NCBI GenBank assembly: GCA_963761305.1
Contig: CAVXGK010000002.1
Coordinates: 2,720,001 to 2,784,000, forward strand
Origin: an uncultured Gemmatimonadaceae bacterium
GTDB taxonomy: Bacteria; Gemmatimonadota; Gemmatimonadetes; Gemmatimonadales; Gemmatimonadaceae
Length of the DNA stretch: 64,000 bases
Direction of reading: 5' to 3'
Part shown: positions 24,116-33,519 of the stretch, piece after piece
Position numbering within the stretch: position 1 is the stretch's first letter
Layout: each line of letters opens with the position of its first letter
Notes under the pieces: generated by a model
The model's input: only the letters and a program-made list of their open reading frames with translations
Told to the model about the DNA's origin: nothing
Databases searched by the model: none
Position numbers and translations under genes: made by a program

Positions 24116-24116
24116 C
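24066..24116 (+). repeat. 51-bp direct repeat, copy B
   Basis: 46/51 identical to 19786-19836. Confidence 0.9.
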
Positions 24117-24119
24117 GCG

Positions 24120-25334
24120 TCACTTGAAGAATCGCCCCACCACGCACGCTGCGACGATCAGCAGGCCCGTGACTCCGGCCAGCACGATGTCGTTCCCGAA
24201 CGTTTCGCTGTTCGGGTAGTCGACCGGCCGGAGCGCGCGTTCAACGCTCGGCGCCCAACCGGCGCCGAGCGCGAAGCACAGGACGATGAGCCAGGAGAAG
24301 ATGTACTCCGACCGTTGGTCGGATCTCCAGATCGCGAGCGAACGGCTTATCGGTGAGATCTTGGGGGGCGTCGCGAGCAGGCTGTCCATTTCCGGACCCA
24401 TTCCCGTCGTGCCCCGCGCCGCGTGCCCGGACGCACGAGCGGCCGCGATCGAATCCGAGCGAATTCTCGCCGCCTGCGCGCGTTTGGCGGTGAGCTCCAT
24501 CTCCTGTTGGATCGAGAACGGGCCCGGAAGCCCCGGCGCCGCCGGAACCTCCGCCGCCATCGTCCTGACGATCGCGGGAATCACTCCGAACGCACCGAGT
24601 TTGGTGTAGGTCGCCTGATCGATCGGCAGCAAGTTGACGAGAAACGTCCCCACGAACACGATCACGACCGCGGCGATGGGACGTCCAATGCTCACCGCAT
24701 TGCGCTCGTGAGGTGTCGCGAAGTGGATGCCGAGTCCGATCAATCCCCACCACGCCAGGAGACCGGGCCATGGCGTGTTGTCGGGCCCAATCATCCAGAT
24801 GATCCCCGTCACGACGGCGATCGCGAGACCGATCGACAGCCCTTTGGCGAAGAACTGAAAGAGATTCTCGTCCTGGCTGCGGCCCCGGCTCATCGTCCAA
24901 CCGAAGATCGCGCCTGCGGGCACGAGCGACGCCAGCGACGCGAGGAGCAGGCTGAAGTAGCGGCCGACCGTTTCTATGACGAGGTGCTCGGCTGCGAGCG
25001 CAATGAGCCCGACGCTTCCCGCCCAGCTGAGCGCGATGAGGCCACGACGCGCGCCGCGATGCCCCATGGTTTCGCCGTTCCGCTCGCGAATTGCCACGCG
25101 GACATAGTGCTGGAGCCAATGCACGGCGAAGCCGATCGTCACGCCTACCGCGACGGTGACGAGTAGCCACGGGTCATGCGCCTTGATCGCCACATAGATG
25201 AGCCACGCGAGCGATGCCCCGCCGCTGCCGAGTATCGCGGTCGCCAGCGCGACTCGAGCGTTCGTGTATTCAACGACGGATGCCTTGAGCCTGTCGCTCG
25301 TCGACGGGGGGTCGATCAACGTTGGTGCGGTCAT
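24120..25334 (-). CDS. Hypothetical polytopic membrane protein
   Basis: About 9 hydrophobic segments; start ATG 25334 overlaps the stop of the upstream gene. Confidence 0.75.
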   Translation of the reverse strand: MTAPTLIDPPSTSDRLKASVVEYTNARVALATAILGSGGASLAWLIYVAIKAHDPWLLVTVAVGVTIGFAVHWLQHYVRVAIRERNGETMGHRGARRGLIALSWAGSVGLIALAAEHLVIETVGRYFSLLLASLASLVPAGAIFGWTMSRGRSQDENLFQFFAKGLSIGLAIAVVTGIIWMIGPDNTPWPGLLAWWGLIGLGIHFATPHERNAVSIGRPIAAVVIVFVGTFLVNLLPIDQATYTKLGAFGVIPAIVRTMAAEVPAAPGLPGPFSIQQEMELTAKRAQAARIRSDSIAAARASGHAARGTTGMGPEMDSLLATPPKISPISRSLAIWRSDQRSEYIFSWLIVLCFALGAGWAPSVERALRPVDYPNSETFGNDIVLAGVTGLLIVAACVVGRFFK

Positions 25335-25741
25335 GGGAGGTTGCCCGTGCAGAGGAAGCCCTTTTGGTCCGGCCCGCATACGGGGTACCGCGTGGGATGA
25401 CGGATCGCCGCGATCTGCGAGCGCACCAATTCTATCTCTCCATCGACCGATTGCATGAAGGCTTCCAGCCAATGGGCGCGGCCCATGCGGTCCCAGTCGT
25501 GGTAGATCGTTCCGCCGAGCTCCGGTCCGCCCGGCCCGCTCCGGTGAATGACCGGCACGCGGAATTTGATGCGCTTTCCGAGGTACAGCGCATGGTCGCG
25601 ATCGCGAAAGATTCGCACGACGCGCGTAGTGGCGAGGACCGACCCCTCGTCGCGAGCTTGGTCCGTGCCGCGAAACTGCCACAGCTGAACGTGGATCGGC
25701 GCGTTCGCGCGGGCCTGCTCGTAGACCTGCGGCGCCATCAT
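25331..25741 (-). CDS. Hypothetical protein
   Basis: MMAPQVYEQARANAPIHVQL...; 4-bp overlap with the downstream gene. Confidence 0.65.
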   Translation of the reverse strand: MMAPQVYEQARANAPIHVQLWQFRGTDQARDEGSVLATTRVVRIFRDRDHALYLGKRIKFRVPVIHRSGPGGPELGGTIYHDWDRMGRAHWLEAFMQSVDGEIELVRSQIAAIRHPTRYPVCGPDQKGFLCTGNLP

Positions 25742-25845
25742 AGCGATCGTTCGTTCGAGGAACGCCAAGGTACTCCCACGGTTCGCCCCCGGCAACGAGA
25801 CGGAAAACAGCGTCTTCGCTGTAGCTGTTCCTCACGTCGCGACGT

Positions 25846-28503
25846 ATGTTCGTCGCACTGATGAACCCGCTTCTGGCGAACGCCCTCGAGGGCCGTTACG
25901 TCGTCGACCGTGAAATCGGCCGCGGCGGAATGGCCACCGTCTACCTGGCGCGCGACGTCCGCCACAACCGCAAAGTCGCGCTCAAGGTGCTGAGCCCCGA
26001 GCTCGGCGCGGTGCTGGGCGCCGAGCGTTTCCTCGCCGAGATCGAGGTCACGGCCAACCTCCAGCACCCGAACCTGCTGCCCCTGTTCGACTCGGGCGAG
26101 GTGAATGGGCTGCTGTTTTACGTCATGCCGTACGTCGAAGGCGAGACGCTCCGAGCGCGCCTCGATCGCGAGAAACAACTCCCGGTCGATGAAGCAGTGC
26201 GCATCGCGTCGGCCATCGCCGGCGCGCTCGACTACGCGCACCGACACAAGGTGATTCATCGGGATCTCAAGCCCGAGAACATTCTCATGCATGAAGGCCA
26301 GCCGCTGATCGCCGACTTCGGCATCGCGCTGGCCGTGTCGAACGCCGGCGGCAGCCGCATCACGCAGACCGGGCTCTCGCTCGGCACACCACAGTACATG
26401 TCGCCCGAGCAAGCGACCGGTGACCGCATCGTCGACGGCCGCACTGATATCTATTCGCTCGGCGCGATGACCTACGAGATGCTCGTCGGCGATCCGCCGC
26501 ACGCGGCGAGCACGGCGCAAGCGATCATCGCGAAGGTGCTCACGGAAACGCCGCAGCACGTGCGCGTGAGCCGGCCGAGCGCGCCGCCGAACGTGGATCG
26601 CGCTGTGGCGCGCGCGCTGGAGAAGCTCGCCGCCGATCGGTTCGCGACCGCCAAAGAGTTCGCCGACGCGATCGAGGGACGCGGTGCCGTTGTCGCCGCC
26701 GAAGAGACGCCGGTGCCGGCGTCGGCGCGGGTGGGTCGACGCGTTCGCGTGAGTGAGTTAGCCGCATGGTCGTTCGCCGCCGTCCTCGCCGGTGCATTCG
26801 CATGGCGACAACTCGCGCCGCATGCGCCGATCGAAACGCCGGTGATTCGCGTCAACTTCGATCTGCCGGCAGGCATGCACATCAACGACGCGATCACGGG
26901 CACGACGATCGCCGTGTCGCCCAAAGGCGACATGATCGCGTTCACGAGCTTTGGCGTGTCCAGCTTTCACATTTATGTGCGGCGGGTGAGCGAGCTCGGG
27001 GCGCGCGAGGTGTCGGACGCGGCGGGGCGAAACCTCACCTTCTCGCCCGATGGCAAGTGGCTCGCGTTCACCGAGGGCAACGTGCTCAAGAAGGTTTCGG
27101 TCGACGGCGGGCCGACCGAGACGGTCGCGTCGACCGGCAGCGCGCTTCCATACGGAATCAGCTGGGGGCCCGCTGACACGGTGTACGTCGGATCGTTCAG
27201 CGGCATGTGGAAAGTTCCCGTGACCGGCGGCGCCGCGATACAAGTCGCCACCGCGGACTCCACTGTGAAACAGATGGGCCGACGCTGGCCGCTCGTGTTG
27301 CCCGGCGCCAAGGCAGTTGTCTACGTCAGCGGGAACACCTCAACGTCATCACCGCGGCTGTCCGTTCTCACGATCGCGTCGGGAAAAACCGTCGACTACG
27401 AGCAGTCCGTCGCCATGCCCCTCGGAATCTTGGGCGACCAGCTCGCGTACGTGTCGCCCTCCGGTGGCCTGATGGCGCTGCGCATCGACGCAAGCACGGG
27501 CAAGCCCCGTGGTGACCCGGTCCAGCTCGACGACGGCGTGCTTGTCGACTTCACCGCGGGAGCGAAAGCGTCGCTGTCCGCGTCCGGCACACTCGTCTAT
27601 CTACGCGGGCGCGCTCAGTTCCAACCGGTCCTCGTGAGCGCGGGCAGCACCGCGCCGACGCCGATGATTCGCGAGACGGGCGTGTATTCGTCGCCACGCT
27701 TCTCGCCTGACGGCAAAAAGATCGCCATCACGGTATTCAATACAACCGCGACCGATATCTACGTCTACGACATCGCCCGGAACACGTTCAACCGACTGAC
27801 GACCGAAGGGGTCAATCTCCGACCCGAGTGGACCTCGGACGGCAAGGATCTGATCTTCGTCTCGACGCGGGCGAACAAGACCGCAATCTGGCACGCACCG
27901 GCCGACGGAAGCGGACATGCCGAGGTCCTGTACGACCCGCCGTACGAAACGTTCGAGGCGATCATGTCGCCGGACATGAAGTGGCTCGTGTTCCGTACGG
28001 CGCCGGGCGCGGAGCACTCGCGCGACATTCTCGCGGTGCGGCTCGGCGATCCCAAGACCATCGTGCCGATCGCGACCGGCGCGACGACGACCGAGAGCAT
28101 GCCGCATCTGTCGCCGGACGGAAAATGGATCGTGTACATGTCGAACGAGACCGGCCGCTTCGAGATCTACGTCAAACCGTTCCCGGGCAACGGCGCGCGT
28201 GTGCCGGTGAGCGACAACGGCGGCACTGAACCGCTGTGGGGACGCTCCGGGCGATCGTTGTACTATCGCGGTCCCAATGGCGAGGTCGTCGAGGTCGCGG
28301 TGACGACGGGAGCGTCGTTCTCGATCGGCGAGCGTAAAGTGGTGCTGACCGGCGACTATCTCACCGACTCATCGCACCCGGACTACGACGTATCGCCCGA
28401 TGGACGTTTTCTCATGCTCGAGCGCATTGGCGCCGAATCGCAACCGATCGTCGTGCACAACTGGGGGCGCGAGCTCCGCGAGAAAACCGCGCCGAGGAAG
28501 TAG
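25846..28503 (+). CDS. Ser/Thr protein kinase with TM and TolB-like (PD40) beta-propeller
   Basis: IGRGGMATV, VALK, HRDLKPEN, DFG, GTPQYMSPEQ; SPDGK repeats. Confidence 0.95.
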   Translation: MFVALMNPLLANALEGRYVVDREIGRGGMATVYLARDVRHNRKVALKVLSPELGAVLGAERFLAEIEVTANLQHPNLLPLFDSGEVNGLLFYVMPYVEGETLRARLDREKQLPVDEAVRIASAIAGALDYAHRHKVIHRDLKPENILMHEGQPLIADFGIALAVSNAGGSRITQTGLSLGTPQYMSPEQATGDRIVDGRTDIYSLGAMTYEMLVGDPPHAASTAQAIIAKVLTETPQHVRVSRPSAPPNVDRAVARALEKLAADRFATAKEFADAIEGRGAVVAAEETPVPASARVGRRVRVSELAAWSFAAVLAGAFAWRQLAPHAPIETPVIRVNFDLPAGMHINDAITGTTIAVSPKGDMIAFTSFGVSSFHIYVRRVSELGAREVSDAAGRNLTFSPDGKWLAFTEGNVLKKVSVDGGPTETVASTGSALPYGISWGPADTVYVGSFSGMWKVPVTGGAAIQVATADSTVKQMGRRWPLVLPGAKAVVYVSGNTSTSSPRLSVLTIASGKTVDYEQSVAMPLGILGDQLAYVSPSGGLMALRIDASTGKPRGDPVQLDDGVLVDFTAGAKASLSASGTLVYLRGRAQFQPVLVSAGSTAPTPMIRETGVYSSPRFSPDGKKIAITVFNTTATDIYVYDIARNTFNRLTTEGVNLRPEWTSDGKDLIFVSTRANKTAIWHAPADGSGHAEVLYDPPYETFEAIMSPDMKWLVFRTAPGAEHSRDILAVRLGDPKTIVPIATGATTTESMPHLSPDGKWIVYMSNETGRFEIYVKPFPGNGARVPVSDNGGTEPLWGRSGRSLYYRGPNGEVVEVAVTTGASFSIGERKVVLTGDYLTDSSHPDYDVSPDGRFLMLERIGAESQPIVVHNWGRELREKTAPRK

Positions 28504-28524
28504 GTTTCCGGTCGGGAGGCCAGC

Positions 28525-28950
28525 ATGACAACGACACAGGTCAGCCCGTACCTGAATTTCCAGGGTGACTGCGAGGCGGCATTTACGTTCTATGAACAGT
28601 CGCTCGGCGCGCGCATCGGCGCGATCTTCCGGTATACGGGAACGCCGCTCGCCGACACGGTGCCCCCGGACTGGTCGGACAAAGTGATGCACGGCAGCGT
28701 GTCGATCGGCGATCAGGTGCTGATGGGAGGCGACGTCGGCCCGGACCGGTACGAAGCCCCGAAGGGGTTCTCGCTGTGCCTCACGCTGGCGAGCGGGGAC
28801 GAGGCCGACCGCGTCTTTCAGGAGTTTTCGAGCGGCGGCCGAGTGCTGCTGCCGCTCGAGAAGACGTTCTGGGCGGAACGGTTCGGGATGATCGTCGATC
28901 GCTTCGGCATTCCGTGGATGGTCACCTGCGAGAGCGACGATCAACCCTGA
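28525..28950 (+). CDS. VOC family protein, PhnB/YjdN-like
   Basis: PYLNFQGDCEAAF, VMHG, TFWAERFGMIVDRFGIPWMV. Confidence 0.9.
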   Translation: MTTTQVSPYLNFQGDCEAAFTFYEQSLGARIGAIFRYTGTPLADTVPPDWSDKVMHGSVSIGDQVLMGGDVGPDRYEAPKGFSLCLTLASGDEADRVFQEFSSGGRVLLPLEKTFWAERFGMIVDRFGIPWMVTCESDDQP

Positions 28951-28953
28951 AGG

Positions 28954-30114
28954 TCAGCCCCGTTCGGACCAGTCGGCGAATTCCGGCGAGACGCCCATGC
29001 TGCGGCACGCGGCGCCGATCGCCAGTACGAGTTGCTCGATGTCCTCGGGAAACAGCCGGCCGATGTTGCCGATCCGGAACGTGTTCACCTCGGTGAGCTT
29101 TCCCGGATAGATGATGAATCCGCGGTCGCTCAGCTCGTTGTAGAAGCGGGTGAAGTCGAACCCATCGACCGCTGGATACCCGAATGCGGTGATGATGCAA
29201 CTCTGAACGGCGGGGCTGAGGAACGGCTCGAAGCCGAGTCGCGCCATGCCGGCGACGAGCGCGGCGTGGTTGGCGGCATACCGGTCGTGACGTCCGCGCA
29301 CGCCGCCCTCCGCGCGCAGTTCGTCCAAGGCCTGGTCGAACGCCAACAGGACGTGCGTCGGCGGCGTGAATCGGAACTGTCCGTTCTTCTCGAATCCTTT
29401 GAGCTGCGCCAGCAGGTCGAGGCTCAAGCTTCGCGCGATTCCTTCGCAGGCCAACAACACGTCACGGCGGCAGATCACGAACGAGAAGCCCGGCACTCCC
29501 TCGATGCACTTGTTGGACGACGAGACCAGGAAGTCGATGCCGCACGCTTCGAAGTCGATCGGCATGCCGCCGAAGCTGCTCATCGCGTCGACGATGTACA
29601 CCGCGTTGCGTCGTTTGACGACATGTCCGATCTCGTCAATCGGATTGAGAATGCCCGTCGTGGTCTCGCAGTGTATCACGACGACGTGAGTGACGTCGCC
29701 GTTTTCGGCCAGGCACGCGTCGACCGTCGCGGCGTCGACGGGCACGTCCTCGGCCCAGCGCAGCACGAGATGCGGAATTCTGGCGTGAACCAGCATCTGC
29801 ACCGTGCGCTCGCCGTAGGCGCCGTTCGCCAGCACGAGCACCTTGCCCGACGGCGGAACGCACGTCTGGAACACGGCGTCGACGCCGAACGTGCCGCTTC
29901 CCTGAAGTAGAACCGCCTCCCACCCCGTCGCGCGCGACACACCCGCGACGTCGAGCAGCCGGTCGCGGATGCGCCGAACGACTTCGTTGAACTCGAAGTG
30001 CCACGAGCCGGCGTCGTGCAGCATTGCCGTCTTGACCGTGGCGCTCGTGGTGAGCGGGCCTGGCGTGAACAGCAGCTTGTCCCGGGCCGAGCCCGCCCCT
30101 CGCCGCTCGGTCAT
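28954..30114 (-). CDS. phnW: 2-aminoethylphosphonate-pyruvate transaminase
   Basis: LFTPGPLTTS, QGSGTF, NGAYGER, HCETTTGILNP, DAMSSFG, SSNKCIEGVPG, QFRFTPPTH, IYPGKL. Confidence 0.95.
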   Translation of the reverse strand: MTERRGAGSARDKLLFTPGPLTTSATVKTAMLHDAGSWHFEFNEVVRRIRDRLLDVAGVSRATGWEAVLLQGSGTFGVDAVFQTCVPPSGKVLVLANGAYGERTVQMLVHARIPHLVLRWAEDVPVDAATVDACLAENGDVTHVVVIHCETTTGILNPIDEIGHVVKRRNAVYIVDAMSSFGGMPIDFEACGIDFLVSSSNKCIEGVPGFSFVICRRDVLLACEGIARSLSLDLLAQLKGFEKNGQFRFTPPTHVLLAFDQALDELRAEGGVRGRHDRYAANHAALVAGMARLGFEPFLSPAVQSCIITAFGYPAVDGFDFTRFYNELSDRGFIIYPGKLTEVNTFRIGNIGRLFPEDIEQLVLAIGAACRSMGVSPEFADWSERG

Positions 30115-30830
30115 CGCGCCGGAGTCAGTCCCTGCGTCAACACCACCTTCGGGAGGAGCCCGAGGTGCGAGATGAGGTGTGTGTGGGGATGGCGTCGCAA
30201 CTCTTCACCGGTGTGCGAGCCGTTCATCACGCCGACGACGAGTCCGCAACGAGCCGCTGCACCTTCCTCGAGATCGGCCGGCGTATCGCCAACCTTGGCG
30301 ACGGCGGCGGGATTCGTGACCCCCGTGAGCTCCATCGCCTTGAGAACGAGATCGGGGTGCGGGCGACCGCGCGCGACCTCGTCGCTCGCCACGGTCGCGT
30401 CGAGAAGCGAAGCGTTTTTCCAACGCAGGCGATCGAGAATCGTATCGAGGATCACCCGGCTGAACCCGGTATCGAGCGCCACGCGAACACCCGCGCGACG
30501 CAGCTCGGTGAGCGTCTCCTCGGCGTGCGGCATCGGCTCGACTCCCGCGCCTTGCCGGTAATGCGTGATCATGCGCTGAAGAAAATCGGCGTGGATTTCG
30601 TGGACCTGGCTCGTGGTCGCTCGCGTCGGTCCACCGTAGCGGTCGAGTAGCTTACCGATCGCCACCGGCTTGGCGATTCCCATCACCTGGTTCACTTCGT
30701 CGCGCGTCACCGCCACGCCGGCGCCGGCGAGCGCTTGGCGCAAGCAGTCGTTCACCGCGTCGTCGTCGCGGACGGTCGTGCCCGCAACGTCGAACACAAC
30801 CAATTCGATTCTCACGTCGCTGGAGTCCAT
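30111..30830 (-). CDS. Phosphonatase-like HAD hydrolase (PhnX-like)
   Basis: FDVAGTT, MGIAK (candidate Schiff-base Lys), TGF, GRPHPD, KVGDTPADLEEG; adjacent to phnW. Confidence 0.85.
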   Translation of the reverse strand: MDSSDVRIELVVFDVAGTTVRDDDAVNDCLRQALAGAGVAVTRDEVNQVMGIAKPVAIGKLLDRYGGPTRATTSQVHEIHADFLQRMITHYRQGAGVEPMPHAEETLTELRRAGVRVALDTGFSRVILDTILDRLRWKNASLLDATVASDEVARGRPHPDLVLKAMELTGVTNPAAVAKVGDTPADLEEGAAARCGLVVGVMNGSHTGEELRRHPHTHLISHLGLLPKVVLTQGLTPAR

Positions 30831-32149
30831 AGGCCCTCGTTCTTGAGTAAGCTGGCTGAGGATGTCGTGCGGTCGTACAGGAAAAGACAGAGGACCGCCG
30901 ACAGCCCCGCAAGCAACGCCAGTGAATCGAAGCCGAGCTGATACCCGCCGATGTCGAGCATGCGACCAAACGCCTGGCCGGACAAGATGGCGGCGAAGTA
31001 CCCAACTCCGTCCAGGATCCCGGCCACGGTCGCGACGTGCTCTTTGCCCTTGATCTCCACGGCGAACACCCCGGCGAGCAGACTGTACGGACCGTAGGCG
31101 AGAAATCCGATCGCGCCGACGACCGACGTGGCGAGCACGACGTTGCGCGCGGCGAGCGACGGAAGGACCACGATCGCGACGGCGAGCAACGACAGGAGCG
31201 TGAACAGCACCGACATCCGCCGGCGCTCACCGATCCGTCCGAATAGCCAGCCCAGCGTGACGATGCCGATCGCACCGCACGCGTCGAACGGCGTCGAGAG
31301 GAACGCGGCCATGCCGCTCGACATGGTCGGGCCCGCCGTCTTGAAGAAGTCGACGGTCCACGTGTTGAACGTCTCGCGCAACAGAGTGAGCGTGAAGCTG
31401 AGCGCGCAGACGATCCAGAATCGTCGCGCCGTCGACACGGCAACGACGCCTCGCCAGTCGATGCGAAGCGCGTCGCGCAGCGATCGGCGCTCTCGCTTCT
31501 CCGGGGCGCGCCCGCGCGGGAGAGCGATCCAGCAGATCGCCAGGATGAGCACCACGACGATCGACGGTCCGCTCATCACCCATCGCCAGTCGTTGCCGCT
31601 CCAGCGCGCGATGAAGCCGGCGAGGATCGTGGCGAGCACGCCGCCGAACACGAAGCTCAGCGACAGAATCCCCATCGCCAGCGCGATCGACCGCGACGAA
31701 AACCAGTCGGGGACTTGCTTGACCATCGCTCCCCAACCGGCCGAGCCGGCGAGGCGATTCAGGCTGTAGAACAACGTGAGCGTGCCCAACGAGCCCGCCA
31801 TTCCACCGAGCGCGCCAAACAGGCCCACGGCGCCGAGCGAGAGAAGGAATGCGACCCGCCCGCCGGCGCGGTCGATGAGCGGCCCGAAGATGAACTTTCC
31901 GACCATGTAAGCGGCCGTGCTGTAGCTGGCGATCGCGCCGATCTGGGCCTTGTTCAGCCGAAAAGCCTCGCCGATGAGCGGGTTCGCCACCGCGAAATTT
32001 TTTCGGCACAAATAAATGCCAACGTAGCCAAGCACGAGCACGCTTAGCCGCCCCCACTCCCGCGACGCCGGGGTCGCCCGTGGGTCGGGGTGGGGGTCGG
32101 GGTCGAGGTCGGGGGTTGGCGAGGTCGGTATTCGGGTCTTGGCAGCCAT
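30812..32149 (-). CDS. MFS transporter, OPA (GlpT/UhpT-like) family
   Basis: GYVGIYLCRKNF, YMVGKF, about 12 TM segments, GILDGVGY; first gene of the phn operon. Confidence 0.85.
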   Translation of the reverse strand: MAAKTRIPTSPTPDLDPDPHPDPRATPASREWGRLSVLVLGYVGIYLCRKNFAVANPLIGEAFRLNKAQIGAIASYSTAAYMVGKFIFGPLIDRAGGRVAFLLSLGAVGLFGALGGMAGSLGTLTLFYSLNRLAGSAGWGAMVKQVPDWFSSRSIALAMGILSLSFVFGGVLATILAGFIARWSGNDWRWVMSGPSIVVVLILAICWIALPRGRAPEKRERRSLRDALRIDWRGVVAVSTARRFWIVCALSFTLTLLRETFNTWTVDFFKTAGPTMSSGMAAFLSTPFDACGAIGIVTLGWLFGRIGERRRMSVLFTLLSLLAVAIVVLPSLAARNVVLATSVVGAIGFLAYGPYSLLAGVFAVEIKGKEHVATVAGILDGVGYFAAILSGQAFGRMLDIGGYQLGFDSLALLAGLSAVLCLFLYDRTTSSASLLKNEGLWTPAT

Positions 32150-32203
32150 GTCCCAGCGGGTGTAAACGCCTCCCGGGAGAACTTGGCGACGATCCGGCGC
32201 CGG

Positions 32204-32282
32204 GTATTACAGATCTGTCACGACTTTGCCACCCGCAGATCACGGCCGGGCACCCGGCCGGCGCCTGTCACCGGGGCGTCAT
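32204..32282 (+). promoter_or_regulatory. Pho-box-like 11-bp periodic direct repeats
   Basis: GTATTAC(32204), CTGTCAC(32215), TTGCCAC(32226), AGATCAC(32237); CTGTCAC(32265), GCGTCAT(32276). Resembles the PhoB half-site CTGTCAT. Confidence 0.6.
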
Positions 32283-32361
32283 ATGCTTGGGGCCGGGAAT
32301 CGTTACATTGAGACCGCTTCATCGGCTACGCGCGTCTGAACCCTTCGCGCCGAGCAACCTG

Positions 32362-33519
32362 ATGCGCGTGTGTCTCGTAACACCGTACGATTTGTCCCGC
32401 GATGGCGGAGTGAACCGTCACGTGCGCGCGCTGGCCGACGCGCTACGCGTGCTGGGGCACGAAGCGTCCGTGCTCGGACCGACGAGCGGGCCCGCGCCGT
32501 CCGACTGCGACGCGCTTCCCGGCATCGTGTCGCTCTCGGCGAACGGATCGAAAGCGCGCATCGGACTCCTCGTGACGCGACGCGCCGTGCAACGCTATCT
32601 CTACCGGGGAGCGTTCGACGTCGTACACGTCCACGAGCCGTGCATCCCCGGCATCGCGCGACACGCGGCCGCGAGCGACTTCGTGCCGCGCGTCGTCACG
32701 TTCCATACGTACGCGGAGCGGGAGTGCAGCGCCGTGCGGTTGCTGCGACGCGCGCTCGCTCGCCCGCTGCGCGACGTCGACCACGGAATCGCCGTGTCGC
32801 GCGTGGCCGAGGCGTTCGCGCGACGCGTCTTCGCCGGGTCGATTCAGCTCATTCCGAACGGCATCGACCTGGCCACGTTCGGCACGACGTCGCGCGCCCG
32901 GCCGGCTGGGCACAAGGAAGTCGAGCGGACGAATCAATCGTTACGCGTTCTTTTCGTCGGGCGCTACGACGAGCCCCGAAAGGGCCTGCGGCACCTGTTG
33001 GCGGCGGCGTGTCTGATCCGAGAATCTGGGCGCGCGATCGAGGTACGAATCGCCGGGCAGGGCAATCGCGACTCGTTCGCCGGGCTGTCCCAGCGCGCCG
33101 GCGCCGTGTTCCTCGGCAGGCTGAATGACCACGCGCTCGCCAACGAGTATCGAACCGCCGACGTCTTTTGCGCGCCGGCCACGCACGGCGAGAGCTTTGG
33201 GCTCGTACTCGTCGAAGCCATGGCCTGCGGATGCCCGGTCGTCGCCAGCGACATCGGCGGTTATCGAGAGGCGGCGAACGGTGCGGCGATGCTGGCGCCG
33301 CCGGCCGACCCGAGGGCGTTGGCGCACGCGCTGCGACGGATGGCGGACGACCATTTCGTTCGCCTGCAGGCGATCGGACACGGAGCCCGGCGTGCACAGG
33401 AGCTGTCGTGGACCTCGCTCGCCTCGGAAGTGGTTGGCGTGTACGAATCCGCGATGGCCGGCGAGGGGGGCGCTCAAACCGACGGCGAGGCGGTCGCCGC
33501 GGTGCGGGAGACGGCGTGA
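32362..33519 (+). CDS. Glycosyltransferase family 4 (PimA/Agt-like)
   Basis: MRVCLVTPY..GGV, VHVHEP, FVGR..EPRKG, ESFGLVLVEAMA. Confidence 0.92.
   Translation: MRVCLVTPYDLSRDGGVNRHVRALADALRVLGHEASVLGPTSGPAPSDCDALPGIVSLSANGSKARIGLLVTRRAVQRYLYRGAFDVVHVHEPCIPGIARHAAASDFVPRVVTFHTYAERECSAVRLLRRALARPLRDVDHGIAVSRVAEAFARRVFAGSIQLIPNGIDLATFGTTSRARPAGHKEVERTNQSLRVLFVGRYDEPRKGLRHLLAAACLIRESGRAIEVRIAGQGNRDSFAGLSQRAGAVFLGRLNDHALANEYRTADVFCAPATHGESFGLVLVEAMACGCPVVASDIGGYREAANGAAMLAPPADPRALAHALRRMADDHFVRLQAIGHGARRAQELSWTSLASEVVGVYESAMAGEGGAQTDGEAVAAVRETA

Noticed and set aside
19786..24116. DGR template/variable repeat pair
   Set aside because: The five mismatches are not adenine-specific, and no reverse transcriptase is present.
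32082..32115. Hexamer repeats encoding PDLDPDPHPDP at the MFS N-terminus
   Set aside because: A short in-frame low-complexity linker with no evidence of function.
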